Shown: one piece after another, positions 1 through 9,530 of the stretch
Layout: each line of letters begins with the position of its first letter
Position numbering within the stretch: position 1 is the first letter of the stretch
Position numbers and translations under genes: made by a program
Assembly (NCBI GenBank): GCA_963662655.2
Contig: CAXXTU010000002.1
Span: 800,001-864,000, forward strand
Source of the DNA: Candidatus Cloacimonadales bacterium
Lineage (GTDB): Bacteria > Cloacimonadota > Cloacimonadia > Cloacimonadales > JAIOQZ01
DNA length: 64,000 nucleotides
Direction of reading: 5' to 3'
The notes under the pieces: model-generated
Told to the model about the DNA's origin: nothing
The model's input: the letters and a program-made list of their open reading frames with translations, nothing else
Databases searched by the model: none

Positions 1-1769
1 CGGGCAAGCTGCTTCAGTTCCATCTCGTTTTGCTTTCGCTGCGTGATGTCGTGTAATATACCCGCGTATCTGCTTGCCTTCTGGCCTTCGCTCTGAATAT
101 AGCTGCCTCGAATCGAGAACCACTGGACTTTCTCGTCGTGGATTTGGAATCGCAAGTCGGACTGGAAATCCGCCTTGGTTTCTTTACAATCGATGACTTT
201 ATTATCGAAGACTTGGGCATCGTCGTGGTGGATGTATTCCCTGATCCGGGCCAGGCTCTTCGTGAGCTCATTTTGCTGGAAGTCAAGCAACCGCACGGCT
301 TCTTGCGAGAAGGTAACCATGTCGGCATCGAGGTCCCATTCCCAGCTTATGATTCCGGCTGCGTGCTGCGTAATGTTGTATCGCTCTTCGCTTTGCTTCA
401 GTTTCTCGAGCGTGAAATACTTGTCCGTGATATCCCTCGAAACCCCGACGATGTTCTCAACCTCTCCGTTTTCGTCCAATAGTGGCGTGATAATGGTATC
501 CAGCGCGACCATACGATGAAGGAATTCCTCATTCCATTCCTCGAAGTGCTGTACTTCGCCGTGCTTCAAAACGTGCTCTTCATACTTGTCGTAATAGGGG
601 TTCCGGTAATCCGGGAAGAAATCGTAAAAGGTCTTTCCGATGATCTCATCGGAGGTGTGTCCGATGAATTTCTCAAAGGCCGTATTGCATCCCAGGAAAT
701 TCCGATTCCGATCCTTGAAATACAGCATATCAGGAATGGCGTCCATGATGGCTTTCAGCATTCCGAAACGTTCTTGCTGTGTTTTTCGTAGAACGTATCG
801 ATAGTACAAAATGGACCCCGCCATGATGCTCAGTACGAACAGCGCGGTTAGCAGATAGAAATTCATGCGCAGGCTCGCCATATCCCGATTGACTTCTTTG
901 ACCGGTGAGGCCATCGCGATGACAAGATGTTGATCTCCCATGTTCGCCGAGTGCCAGGAGATCAGCTTACGACTTACTTGTCCGTTTCTCTTTACGGTAA
1001 ACGCGTATTCTCCGGAGCCATAAGCTTCGGATATCAGCCTTTTATCGATCCTTTTCAACTGGTCGTATGATTCATGCATCCCGTCGAATACATTGCGGCC
1101 GATGATTTCAGATTCGTGATCGTACACAATATTGCCCAAACCGTCCAGAATATACCCCGCACCATAGGAGCCCGTACGCATTGGGCTCACAAAGCGCTCG
1201 ATCATCGGATGGATGTCCACAACGGCTATGACTTGTATTCGTCCATAGGTCGAAGTGTCGTTCATGATCATCCCGTAATACTGCATGTTGGGGTGAATAT
1301 AAAATGGCGGGACAAACCGCGCGTGCGATCGGGTGAGGTCGACGCCGTACTGACTTCGCCATTCTTCGCTTATCTCTCTGGCAACCTGGTTGTCGTCGAA
1401 CCACCGAACGATCGAATTGTCATTCTCAAAGTAAACGGCGATACCCAATACCTGTGAGTACGAATCGACCGTGTTACGGACGAGATTCGCCAGTATTTTA
1501 TCCGTTTTCCAATCTGCTTCGATTACCGAGATGATATTGTTGACGAGGTTCCGCCCGATCTGCTCCGTATTGGTATAGCATTGTTGAATTCCATTGGCAG
1601 CGAACAGCGTCTGAAGGCTTTGCAGGTTGTTGTAACTCTTTTCATGCTTCTCGATGGCGTTTCGCTCGCTTAGGTAGGTTATCATGATGTACATGAGAAA
1701 GAGCAAACCCAACAAGGCCGGGAAGATGATCGTGAGTGAGGTCGAGCGGTTCTTTTTCGCGTTATTCAT
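1..1769 (-). CDS. Membrane-bound multi-PAS sensor protein, partial (runs off the left edge; output domain not visible)
   Basis: Not in the ORF track. Manual translation from ATG 1769 gives MNNAKKNRSTSLTIIFPALLGLL (TM), a periplasmic region, a second TM, then PAS motifs (FKDRNRNFLGCNTAFEKFIG; YIHHDDA; GILHDITQRKQNEMELKQLA). The left-edge codons are in the same frame as the start. Confidence 0.8.
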   Translation of the reverse strand, partial: MNNAKKNRSTSLTIIFPALLGLLFLMYIMITYLSERNAIEKHEKSYNNLQSLQTLFAANGIQQCYTNTEQIGRNLVNNIISVIEADWKTDKILANLVRNTVDSYSQVLGIAVYFENDNSIVRWFDDNQVAREISEEWRSQYGVDLTRSHARFVPPFYIHPNMQYYGMIMNDTSTYGRIQVIAVVDIHPMIERFVSPMRTGSYGAGYILDGLGNIVYDHESEIIGRNVFDGMHESYDQLKRIDKRLISEAYGSGEYAFTVKRNGQVSRKLISWHSANMGDQHLVIAMASPVKEVNRDMASLRMNFYLLTALFVLSIMAGSILYYRYVLRKTQQERFGMLKAIMDAIPDMLYFKDRNRNFLGCNTAFEKFIGHTSDEIIGKTFYDFFPDYRNPYYDKYEEHVLKHGEVQHFEEWNEEFLHRMVALDTIITPLLDENGEVENIVGVSRDITDKYFTLEKLKQSEERYNITQHAAGIISWEWDLDADMVTFSQEAVRLLDFQQNELTKSLARIREYIHHDDAQVFDNKVIDCKETKADFQSDLRFQIHDEKVQWFSIRGSYIQSEGQKASRYAGILHDITQRKQNEMELKQLA

Positions 1770-1784
1770 ACGGTTGAGACACTC

Positions 1785-3560
1785 CTAAATCTCGCTGAGC
1801 AGGTTGTCGTTGCTGTTCAATTCTATCATTGCTCCTTCGGCGATGATCTCGCAAACGGCATTCGCGTTGATGGCCACAGGGATGTTGTACGCCATGCCGA
1901 GGAGCTGAAGCTGCCTCTCGAAGCTGCAGTTCTCGGCAACGATGGCCGCCGCGTATCGGAGCGACGATGTCCATTCGTCGCGGAAAGTGCGCAAGATGAC
2001 AATCTTGCCCGTAAAGTCTTTCTTCTTCAGGTCGTCTTCCGTACCTAGATGAACAGCCTGAGCCGTTACCGATCCGGATTGAAGGAATTTCACCGGAATG
2101 CGCGATTTCCCTGCCGTCTCGACGCGGATCATGTTTGTTCGACCGCGGACGCCCAGGGGAAGCCCGGCAACGATAACGACCAGTTCGTTGCGCTTCACCA
2201 GGCCATCTTTGACACACTGTAGCAGTGCATTCTTCAGCATCATCTCGAAATCGTCTACTTCCTGAACGTAATACGGGAAAACGCCCCAGTTAAGAGCGAG
2301 TTGGTGATACACATTGTGATCCGGCGTGAACGCGTAGATCGGGAGGCCCGGACGCAGACGCGATATCTGACGGGCGGAATACCCGGACTTGGTGAAGCAG
2401 ATGATTGCACCTGCCTGGCACTGGTATGCGGTGGTTACCGCATTGTAGCAAATGATCGTCGTCAGGTCGTTGTCGCGTCCCTCATCGCGGCGGTGGTAGA
2501 AATTCACCGAGTAATCGTAGTGCTCCTCCACTTTGCGGATAATCCGTTCCATGGTTTGAACGACGAGGTCGGGATATTTGCCGATGGCCGTCTCCCCGGA
2601 GAGCATCACGGCCGAAGTCAGATCGTAACAGGCGTTCGCCACGTCGGAAGCTTCTGCGCGGGTCGGGACACGGTTGTGGATCATGGATTCGAGCATCTGG
2701 GTTGCCGTTATCACCGGCTTACCGCTTTGATAGCACTTCTCGATGATCTTCTTCTGGATTACGGGGACTTCTTCCAGAGCCAATTCGACTCCGAGATCAC
2801 CACGGGCTACCATGATGCCGTCGGCGTACCGGACGATCTCGTCCAACTGATTGATCGCTTGCTTGCTCTCGATCTTGGCGATCAATCTGATTTGTGAGTC
2901 CTCCTTCACGTCGCGGATGAGGTTCCTCACCTTGAAAAGGTCTTCGGCGGATCTGACAAAAGAGAGAGCGATATACTCCAGTCCTTTCTGTGCAGCGAAA
3001 CGGATGTCGCGGATATCTTTTTCCGAGAGGAATGGCAGGGGATAATCCATGCCCGGAACCGTGAGATGCGCCCGGGGACGTAGGTTTCCGCTGTTGCTCA
3101 ATTGAATCTTGATCGTTTCGGCGGATGCCTCGACGATCTCCGCTTCGATGTAGCCGTCCATGAGCAGGGCTTTCTTGAAGCCTTTGGCCAGTTCGCCGAT
3201 GTTCGCGAGATTGGTGTAGAGATGTCGGGGGGATTCGCTTACGAAGTCTTCGATATTCGGTCCGGCAAAGCTGGAGATTTCCAGCACGTCTCCGGAATTT
3301 AATTCGATGGATTCGGGATAGCCGAATACGCGGACTTCGGGACCTTTCGTATCCAGCATGATGGCAATGGGAATCGATCTTTCGTCTCGAATCGCACGAA
3401 CGAGGTCGATGACCCCTTCGCCGTCTTCGGGATCCATGTGCGAAAAGTTCAAACGGACAACGTCCATTCCCTGATCGATCAATTTCTCCAGAAAAACCCG
3501 ATCTGCCGTGTTTGGATTAACCGTACAGACGATCTTTGTCTTTGCCCCTTTGTTTTTCAT
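1785..3560 (-). CDS. pyk: Pyruvate kinase with C-terminal PEP-utiliser swivel-like domain
   Basis: KTKIVCT, RLNFSH, LDTKGPEVR, IAKIE, DGIMVARGDLG, ATQMLESM, MLSGETA. Confidence 0.97.
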   Translation of the reverse strand: MKNKGAKTKIVCTVNPNTADRVFLEKLIDQGMDVVRLNFSHMDPEDGEGVIDLVRAIRDERSIPIAIMLDTKGPEVRVFGYPESIELNSGDVLEISSFAGPNIEDFVSESPRHLYTNLANIGELAKGFKKALLMDGYIEAEIVEASAETIKIQLSNSGNLRPRAHLTVPGMDYPLPFLSEKDIRDIRFAAQKGLEYIALSFVRSAEDLFKVRNLIRDVKEDSQIRLIAKIESKQAINQLDEIVRYADGIMVARGDLGVELALEEVPVIQKKIIEKCYQSGKPVITATQMLESMIHNRVPTRAEASDVANACYDLTSAVMLSGETAIGKYPDLVVQTMERIIRKVEEHYDYSVNFYHRRDEGRDNDLTTIICYNAVTTAYQCQAGAIICFTKSGYSARQISRLRPGLPIYAFTPDHNVYHQLALNWGVFPYYVQEVDDFEMMLKNALLQCVKDGLVKRNELVVIVAGLPLGVRGRTNMIRVETAGKSRIPVKFLQSGSVTAQAVHLGTEDDLKKKDFTGKIVILRTFRDEWTSSLRYAAAIVAENCSFERQLQLLGMAYNIPVAINANAVCEIIAEGAMIELNSNDNLLSEI

Positions 3561-3794
3561 GTAATCTCTCCCCGTTAGGTAAGTTTGCCAGGTTTCGTAT
3601 CATGTTTTTTACTATTACGCAGCGTGGGCAATTTGACAAGAAAAAAAAACCTGTGAGGTGAGTGGTTTTGTGTTATCATTTCAGGTATAGCATTTTCGAA
3701 GTCTCGGAAACCGGAGAATCGGCAAAATTAAAAACTTGATTGAAAATTCATGATTCCATTTTTATGGTTCCATATGTGAAGCAATGAGGAGATT

Positions 3795-4607
3795 ATGAGC
3801 AAGAAGGAAAAAGTATTTCAGTACAGTTATATCAAAACATTCTCACGCGGTGAAATCGTTATCCGCGAAGGCGAAGTGGGAGACGATGTTTATATCATTC
3901 GGAAAGGGCAGGCGAAGATCGTCAAGACAGACTCCCAGGGTAATGAACTCGTCATCGATATCGTGTCCGAAGGCAAGGTTTTCGGAGAGATGGGATTCAT
4001 TTTGGAAGAAGCCCGTTCGCGCACCGTTCGCGCACTGACGAACCTCGAAGTGGAAATCATCAATCCGCGCGTTTTTGGCGAGTTGTACAAGCTAGAGTTC
4101 GGGCAGCTGATTCGCCCGATCATCCAGACAATGGCCGAGCGGCTTCGTTTCACAGACAGGCGTCTCGCCGAGCTCGAAACCGAGCGGATTTTCTACGCTC
4201 CGGTCAACGAGGATCGCCAGAAAGGCTGGTCGCTTACATTGCGAGCGAATTCAGCCGCGGCGGTCGAATCCCTGGCGGGTAAATCGAGTGTTGAAATCAA
4301 CACGTTCCCGCTCTATGTCGGACGATATTCGAGAAGACGCGCCGACGACCTGTTTCACTCCAACAACCTTTTCTTGCATGACGACCCTCCTTATACGATC
4401 TCCCGCTCGCATTTTTCCATTATACCCTTTCATAACGACCTTTATTTCTACGATCGCGGAAGCACGCTTGGGACCATCGTCAACGGCGAGCAGGTCGGGG
4501 GAATGAGTCGCCAGAAGAAAACGCTCCTGAAGTTCGGGGAGAACGATCTGATCATCGGCGGAGAGAAATCCAAACTGGTTTACAAGCTCGTTACACGATT
4601 GGATTGA
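3795..4607 (+). CDS. Cyclic-nucleotide-binding domain plus FHA domain protein
   Basis: GEIVIREGEVGDDVYII...FGEMG...RSRTVRA (cNMP); VGR...ISRSHF...DRGSTLGTIVNG (FHA); RBS GAGGAG. Confidence 0.88.
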   Translation: MSKKEKVFQYSYIKTFSRGEIVIREGEVGDDVYIIRKGQAKIVKTDSQGNELVIDIVSEGKVFGEMGFILEEARSRTVRALTNLEVEIINPRVFGELYKLEFGQLIRPIIQTMAERLRFTDRRLAELETERIFYAPVNEDRQKGWSLTLRANSAAAVESLAGKSSVEINTFPLYVGRYSRRRADDLFHSNNLFLHDDPPYTISRSHFSIIPFHNDLYFYDRGSTLGTIVNGEQVGGMSRQKKTLLKFGENDLIIGGEKSKLVYKLVTRLD

Positions 4608-4876
4608 TCGATAAGGAGTTAAGTGATAGATTTTCAGCTCGTTTGAATCGGTTTCAGGCGGGCTTTCTTCTTGCCCATTCCGCACACGTTAAAATCATCA
4701 ATTCTGAATCAATCCTTGACAGCATAGCACAAAATGATTTTCTTGCATATAGTTATGAATACAAAGAGTCTCATCACAACGATACATTGCTGAATATCGC
4801 GTCGAAAATATACGATTTTATGCGTTTTATTTTACAATTACGTAGTAATGATTTTTTATCCATGGAGGAACTTAAG

Positions 4877-5329
4877 ATGGAACCTACGCTAAGTATCTAC
4901 ACACCGGGCAGGAAGCCTGACGAAACCACGAAAAACGAGATCATTGATTTCCTGTATGAACACCTTGAACAATTTGGCGATCCACGCGAACAGGTCGCAC
5001 TTGCCGTTGGTTATTCCCTGCAAGAATATGAATCCTTTGGCGGACTCATCCTTCTCGCAAAAATGGACGGGAAAACCGTCGGCGCCGTTGTGATAAACCG
5101 GACAGGAATGAAAGACTATATCCCCGAAAACATTTTGGTCTATATTGCCGTGCATCGTGAATATCGCGGAAAGAAGATCGGCCGATATCTCATGATGCAG
5201 GCTATCGAGAACGCCGAAGGAAACATTGCGCTTCATGTCGAGCCCGACAACCCGGCGAGATTTCTTTATAAGAAGGTTGGTTTTACCAGCAAGTATCTCG
5301 AAATGCGCTATCAGCGAGGAGCTCAGTAA
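4877..5329 (+). CDS. GNAT family N-acetyltransferase
   Basis: IAVHREYRGKKIGRYL acetyl-CoA motif and NPARFLYKKVGF; start moved to ATG 4877 behind GGAGGAA; stop overlaps next start (TAATG). Confidence 0.9.
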   Translation: MEPTLSIYTPGRKPDETTKNEIIDFLYEHLEQFGDPREQVALAVGYSLQEYESFGGLILLAKMDGKTVGAVVINRTGMKDYIPENILVYIAVHREYRGKKIGRYLMMQAIENAEGNIALHVEPDNPARFLYKKVGFTSKYLEMRYQRGAQ

Positions 5330-6402
5330 TGGCTTTCCTCGAAATGGATATTACGAAGCTCAAGCACAACTATGATTATCTCGACGACCTGTTCAAACGC
5401 AACAATATCCAATGGGCAGTCGTTTCGAAAGTGCTGTGCGGAAACAGGCTTTACCTTTCAGAGCTGCTCAATCTGGGCGTTAATCATATCTGCGATTCCC
5501 GATTGATCAACCTGAAGGTGATTAAATCCCTCAAGCCGGATGTGGAAACGATCTATATCAAACCACCTTCGAGGAAAAATATATCGAGTGTTATCAAATA
5601 TGCTGATATTAGCGTAAACACTGAAATCGCAACGATCAAAGCCCTGTCTCGTACCGCTAAGAAAATGAACACAAAGCATAAGATCATCATCATGCTGGAG
5701 ATGGGTGAACTACGGGAAGGTGTATTGCGGGACGAATTCGTTCAATTCTACGAGAACGTTTTCAAGCTCGACAACATACAAGTTGTGGGTATCGGAACGA
5801 ACTTCTCATGCTTGTATGGAGTACTGCCGCACGAGGATAAGCTTATCCAGCTCAGCCTGTATGAGCAATTGATCGAAGCGAAGTTCAATAGGAATTTACC
5901 GTACGTATCCGGTGGCAGTTCGGTGGTTATTCCCATTCTGCTGAAAAACACGCTACCCAAAGGGATCAATCATTTCAGGGTGGGCGAAACCTTGTACCTG
6001 GGCACCAACGTTTTCAACAACAGTCTGATAATGAACATGGAACACGGTATCTTCAAACTGTATGCCGAGATCATCGAGCTGATGGAGAAGCCTGTGGTTC
6101 CCTCGGGAATAATGGGATCAAACGTTGAAGGAAAGACTTACGCGTTTGACCAGCAAGAAGCAGGGAAGGTATCATTCCGGGCGATCGTTGACCTGGGACT
6201 TCTGGATGTGGACGAGAAGCATATCTGGTGCTCAGACGAAGACGTTCAGTTCGCTGGAGCCAGTTCCGACATGCTGGTTATCGACTTGAACGATAACCCG
6301 AAGGACTACAAGGTAGGTGATATCCTTGAATTCCAGATGGACTACATGGGTTTGCTAAGGCTGATGAATTCGAGGTATATCGAGAAGCGGGTGACGAAGT
6401 AG
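5329..6402 (+). CDS. Alanine/ornithine racemase family PLP-dependent enzyme
   Basis: AVVSKVLCG (PLP lysine), CDSR, MGELREG, GIGTNFSC, VSGGSS, HFRVGE, GASSDML. Confidence 0.88.
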   Translation: MAFLEMDITKLKHNYDYLDDLFKRNNIQWAVVSKVLCGNRLYLSELLNLGVNHICDSRLINLKVIKSLKPDVETIYIKPPSRKNISSVIKYADISVNTEIATIKALSRTAKKMNTKHKIIIMLEMGELREGVLRDEFVQFYENVFKLDNIQVVGIGTNFSCLYGVLPHEDKLIQLSLYEQLIEAKFNRNLPYVSGGSSVVIPILLKNTLPKGINHFRVGETLYLGTNVFNNSLIMNMEHGIFKLYAEIIELMEKPVVPSGIMGSNVEGKTYAFDQQEAGKVSFRAIVDLGLLDVDEKHIWCSDEDVQFAGASSDMLVIDLNDNPKDYKVGDILEFQMDYMGLLRLMNSRYIEKRVTK

Positions 6403-6427
6403 TTGAGGAATCAGGCCTAAAATATAC

Positions 6428-6458
6428 GCCCTTGCAGCAGTGTGAGGGCTTTTTTTTC
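6428..6458 (+). terminator. Intrinsic terminator
   Basis: GCCCTTGCA...TGTGAGGGC stem followed by a T run. Confidence 0.75.
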
Positions 6459-6474
6459 TCATCAAAGGACACCC

Positions 6475-6656
6475 GGCGGGGCATCTTCGCCCGATCCTGG
6501 CTCCAGTGTGGATATAACACGCCCTTGATTATCCACTTACATGATTTCGAGGAACGAAATCATAGCGTTCATTATTTCGTTTGACTACGTCAAAGCCGAA
6601 AATAGGGCGTGTAACACCACACTTACGCGACAGGATCGAACGCATCTACTCCCGCC
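6475..6656 (+). repeat. Family A folded element carrying a family B element in its apical loop
   Basis: Nested stems GGCGGG/CCCGCC, CGATCCTG/CAGGATCG, GTGTGG/CCACAC, ACACGCCCT/AGGGCGTGT; motifs shared with copies at 32796, 34890, 36426, 52352. Confidence 0.85.
6527..6603 (+). repeat. Family B two-hairpin element
   Basis: Aligns to the reverse complement of 62996-63075 (TCCACTT..ATTTCG-N5-CGAAA..TTCGT(T)TTGACTWCGTCAAAGCCGAAAA). Confidence 0.8.
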
Positions 6657-6767
6657 TCGATGAGCAAAGTATTGAACATAAGGCGATCGAGGTTGATCAA
6701 ATCATTTCATTGACAGCCAAAGGTGTTTTCACTACATGGTTTACCTATCACGAAACAGGAGAAAACT

Positions 6768-8792
6768 GTGGCTAAATATCTTGTAACCAGCGCGCTTCCC
6801 TACGCAAACGGGAAGCTTCATATAGGTCATGTGGCCGGGGCGTATTTGCCGGCTGACATCTTCGTTCGCTTCAAAAAAATGATGGGCGACGACATCATTT
6901 ACATCTGCGGAACCGACGAGCACGGCGCTCCGATCTCGATCCAGGCCGAGTCCGAAGGTGTTACGCCGCGCGAACTGGTCGATCGCAACCACGACAGCAT
7001 CGTCAGGAGCTTTGACGGACTCAACTTCGAGTTCGACAACTTCTCCGGCACCGCGCGTCCTGAGCACGTGAAGCTCTCGCAGGAGTTCTTCTTGAGCTTG
7101 TACGAGAAGGGGTTCATCACGAAACACACGCAGCAGCAGCACTTCTGCGAGCACGACAACCGCTTTCTGGCGGATCGTTACGTGGAAGGAATCTGTCCTT
7201 ATTGCGGCGCGGAAGGCGCACGCGGTGACCAGTGCGACGCCTGTGGCAAGCTGATCGACGCGGTGAAGCTAACCAACCCCGTATGCAAAATCTGCGGGAA
7301 CACGCCGGTCATCAGGGAAACGACGCACTGGTACCTGGATCTTCCCAAGTTCGAACCGGAGCTCCGAGCCTGGCTTGAATCGCGCAAGGACTGGAAGGAC
7401 AACGTGTTCCGGTTCATCATGAGCTGGCTTGACGAAGGTCTCATCGAGCGATCCATAACCCGCGACATCAACTGGGGCGTCCCTGTACCGCTTCCCGAAG
7501 CGGAGGGGAAGGTGCTCTACGTTTGGTTCGACGCGCCCATCGGATACATCTCGTCAACAATCGAGTGGTCGAAAAATATCGGTGAACCGGATCGCTGGGA
7601 AGACTACTGGCTCAATCCCGAGACGAAGCTTATCCACTTCCTCGGCAAGGACAACATCCCGTTCCACACCATTATCTGGCCGTCCATGCTGATGAAGCAG
7701 AACGTGAACTACGTTCTCCCCCACGACGTCCCCGCGAACGAGTACCTCAACCTGGAGGGACAGAAGATTTCCACCAGCCGCAACTGGGCAATCTGGGTGG
7801 AAGATTACCTTAAGTATTTCGAAGGCGACCTGCTTCGTTACGTGCTTGCCGCCAACGCACCTGAATCGAAGGACGCCGATTTCAGTTGGAAAGACTTCCA
7901 GTCTCGCGTGAACGGTGAACTTGCGAACATTCTGGGGAACCTCGCCAACCGCGTACTTAAATTCGCGGAGAAGAGTTTCGAAGGACGCATTACAAAGCCC
8001 GAGACTCTCAGCGCAAAGGCAGCCGAGACGCTCGATGAAGCCAGGAAGATTTCCGGGTGGATTGCCGACGCATACGACACCTACAAGGTTCGCAAGGCGG
8101 TGAAGCTGGCCATGGATATCTGCCGTTTGGGCAATAAATACTTCGACGAGACCGAGCCGTGGAAGACGGTGAAATCCACCCCTGAAACCGCGATGGAAAC
8201 GATGTACATCTGTGCGGAAATCCTGCGCGTCGCCTCGATTGTATTCTCGCCCGTACTCCCGGTGAAAATGACGCAACTCCGCGCAATGTTTGGTTTCGCG
8301 CCCTGCAAGGACTGGCAGGAAATCGATGCGACTGTCTCGAATTACGCGATCGAGAAGATCGAAACGCTCTTTCCACGCATCGAGGACGAAAGGATCGAGG
8401 AGCAGATTCAACTGCTGGTCGAGAACTCGAAACCTGTCGTGGATGAACTTCCCGCGCTCGAGCACAAGGACGAGATCGAGTTTGACGACTTCATGAAGCT
8501 GGAGATTCGTCTGGCGAAAATCCTGCAAGCAGAGAAGATCAAGAAGGCGAATAAACTTCTCAAGCTGCGCGTACGCATCCAGGGCGAAGAACGCGACCTT
8601 GTCGCCGGCATAGCGAAATCGTACGAGCCGGAAGAATTGATTGGAAAAACCGTCGCAATGCTGATTAACCTCAAGCCGCGCAAGATCATGGGAAACATGT
8701 CGCAGGGCATGGTTCTGGCGGCAGAGCACGAAGGAAAGCTTTCGGTGATGGTGCCGGACAAGGATTTCCCGGACGGCTGTGGGATATCGTAA
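6768..8792 (+). CDS. metG: Methionine--tRNA ligase with C-terminal tRNA-binding domain
   Basis: TSALPYANGKLHIGH, GTDEHG, zinc knuckles, YVWFDA, GKDNIPFH, KISTS; GTG start behind AGGAG. Confidence 0.98.
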   Translation: MAKYLVTSALPYANGKLHIGHVAGAYLPADIFVRFKKMMGDDIIYICGTDEHGAPISIQAESEGVTPRELVDRNHDSIVRSFDGLNFEFDNFSGTARPEHVKLSQEFFLSLYEKGFITKHTQQQHFCEHDNRFLADRYVEGICPYCGAEGARGDQCDACGKLIDAVKLTNPVCKICGNTPVIRETTHWYLDLPKFEPELRAWLESRKDWKDNVFRFIMSWLDEGLIERSITRDINWGVPVPLPEAEGKVLYVWFDAPIGYISSTIEWSKNIGEPDRWEDYWLNPETKLIHFLGKDNIPFHTIIWPSMLMKQNVNYVLPHDVPANEYLNLEGQKISTSRNWAIWVEDYLKYFEGDLLRYVLAANAPESKDADFSWKDFQSRVNGELANILGNLANRVLKFAEKSFEGRITKPETLSAKAAETLDEARKISGWIADAYDTYKVRKAVKLAMDICRLGNKYFDETEPWKTVKSTPETAMETMYICAEILRVASIVFSPVLPVKMTQLRAMFGFAPCKDWQEIDATVSNYAIEKIETLFPRIEDERIEEQIQLLVENSKPVVDELPALEHKDEIEFDDFMKLEIRLAKILQAEKIKKANKLLKLRVRIQGEERDLVAGIAKSYEPEELIGKTVAMLINLKPRKIMGNMSQGMVLAAEHEGKLSVMVPDKDFPDGCGIS

Positions 8793-8807
8793 GCAACAAT
8801 TATTCAA

Positions 8808-8842
8808 GAAAAAGGGAAACAGCTCTGGCCGTTTCCCTTTTT
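8808..8842. terminator. Bidirectional terminator between convergent genes
   Basis: AAAAAGGGAAAC...GTTTCCCTTTTT. Confidence 0.8.
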
Positions 8843-8871
8843 CGTATCAACTCAAACCGTATAGCATTGTA

Positions 8872-9315
8872 TTATATCATTTGAAGTACTTTCTCAACCG
8901 CAAGCGGCAGCGCTTCCTGCACCTCCGACGTGAATGCTTCCGAAAAGGTGTCGATATCTTCGACCTCGATTGCGACGATGATCAGTTCTTCGGGCAGTTT
9001 GGCGCCGTGCTTCCGCATCAGGTCGAATGCCTCGAAGAGCCCCATGTCGTGCGGCGAGGAGTAATGACTGGCGTTGCGGAATTGTTCTCTGCTCAGTTCG
9101 AATACGGAACCCACCGGCATCTGTCCCGTGATGATGGAGTCGATCAGGATGACGCGGTCGTACCCGAGCATCTCGTCCACCACGCGGAATCCCGCTGCGC
9201 TGGCTTCGAGGACGTCGAGATCGGGACGTTGTCGCTTGATCTCGCGCGCCACATGTATACCGATGCCGTCATCGGATAGGATTGGATTACCCAGCCCGAG
9301 GATGAGGGTTTTCAT
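8872..9315 (-). CDS. [NiFe]-hydrogenase maturation protease
   Basis: LILGLGNPILSDDGIG, ILIDS, SPHD; directly downstream of the large subunit. Confidence 0.95.
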   Translation of the reverse strand: MKTLILGLGNPILSDDGIGIHVAREIKRQRPDLDVLEASAAGFRVVDEMLGYDRVILIDSIITGQMPVGSVFELSREQFRNASHYSSPHDMGLFEAFDLMRKHGAKLPEELIIVAIEVEDIDTFSEAFTSEVQEALPLAVEKVLQMI

Positions 9316-9340
9316 ATCTGTCTTCAGGCTTATTCCTTTT

Positions 9341-9483
9341 TGTCACCCTTGTGCTGTGATTTTCTCGCGAAGCGAGACAAATCGAATCTCTCAACAGAGT
9401 CGAAGGGCGAGTTAATAAATGCCCTTCAGTTCTTCAACTGATCCGTGCTTAACTTCATGAAATCACACAGCATAAAGGTGACA
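9341..9483. repeat. Two inverted, loop-expanded family C copies
   Basis: TGTCACCCTTGTGCTGTGATT...GAGTCGAAGGGC then GCCCTTC...AATCACACAGCATAAAGGTGACA; the first copy resembles 49667-49725. Confidence 0.75.
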
Positions 9484-9530
9484 CATTTTATAATTCCAAA
9501 AAATCAATATCCGAAACCAACCGATCCACC

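Noticed and set aside
6475..6760. T-box or SAM riboswitch upstream of metG
   Set aside because: No T-box or S-box consensus; the structure is explained by families A and B, and a TTGACA lies between it and metG.
7554..8807. Long antisense ORFs (also 9810-11060, 21898-23082, 38096-39394, 40129-41301, 56913-58334)
   Set aside because: They are shadows of well-supported genes on the opposite strand and carry no recognisable motifs.
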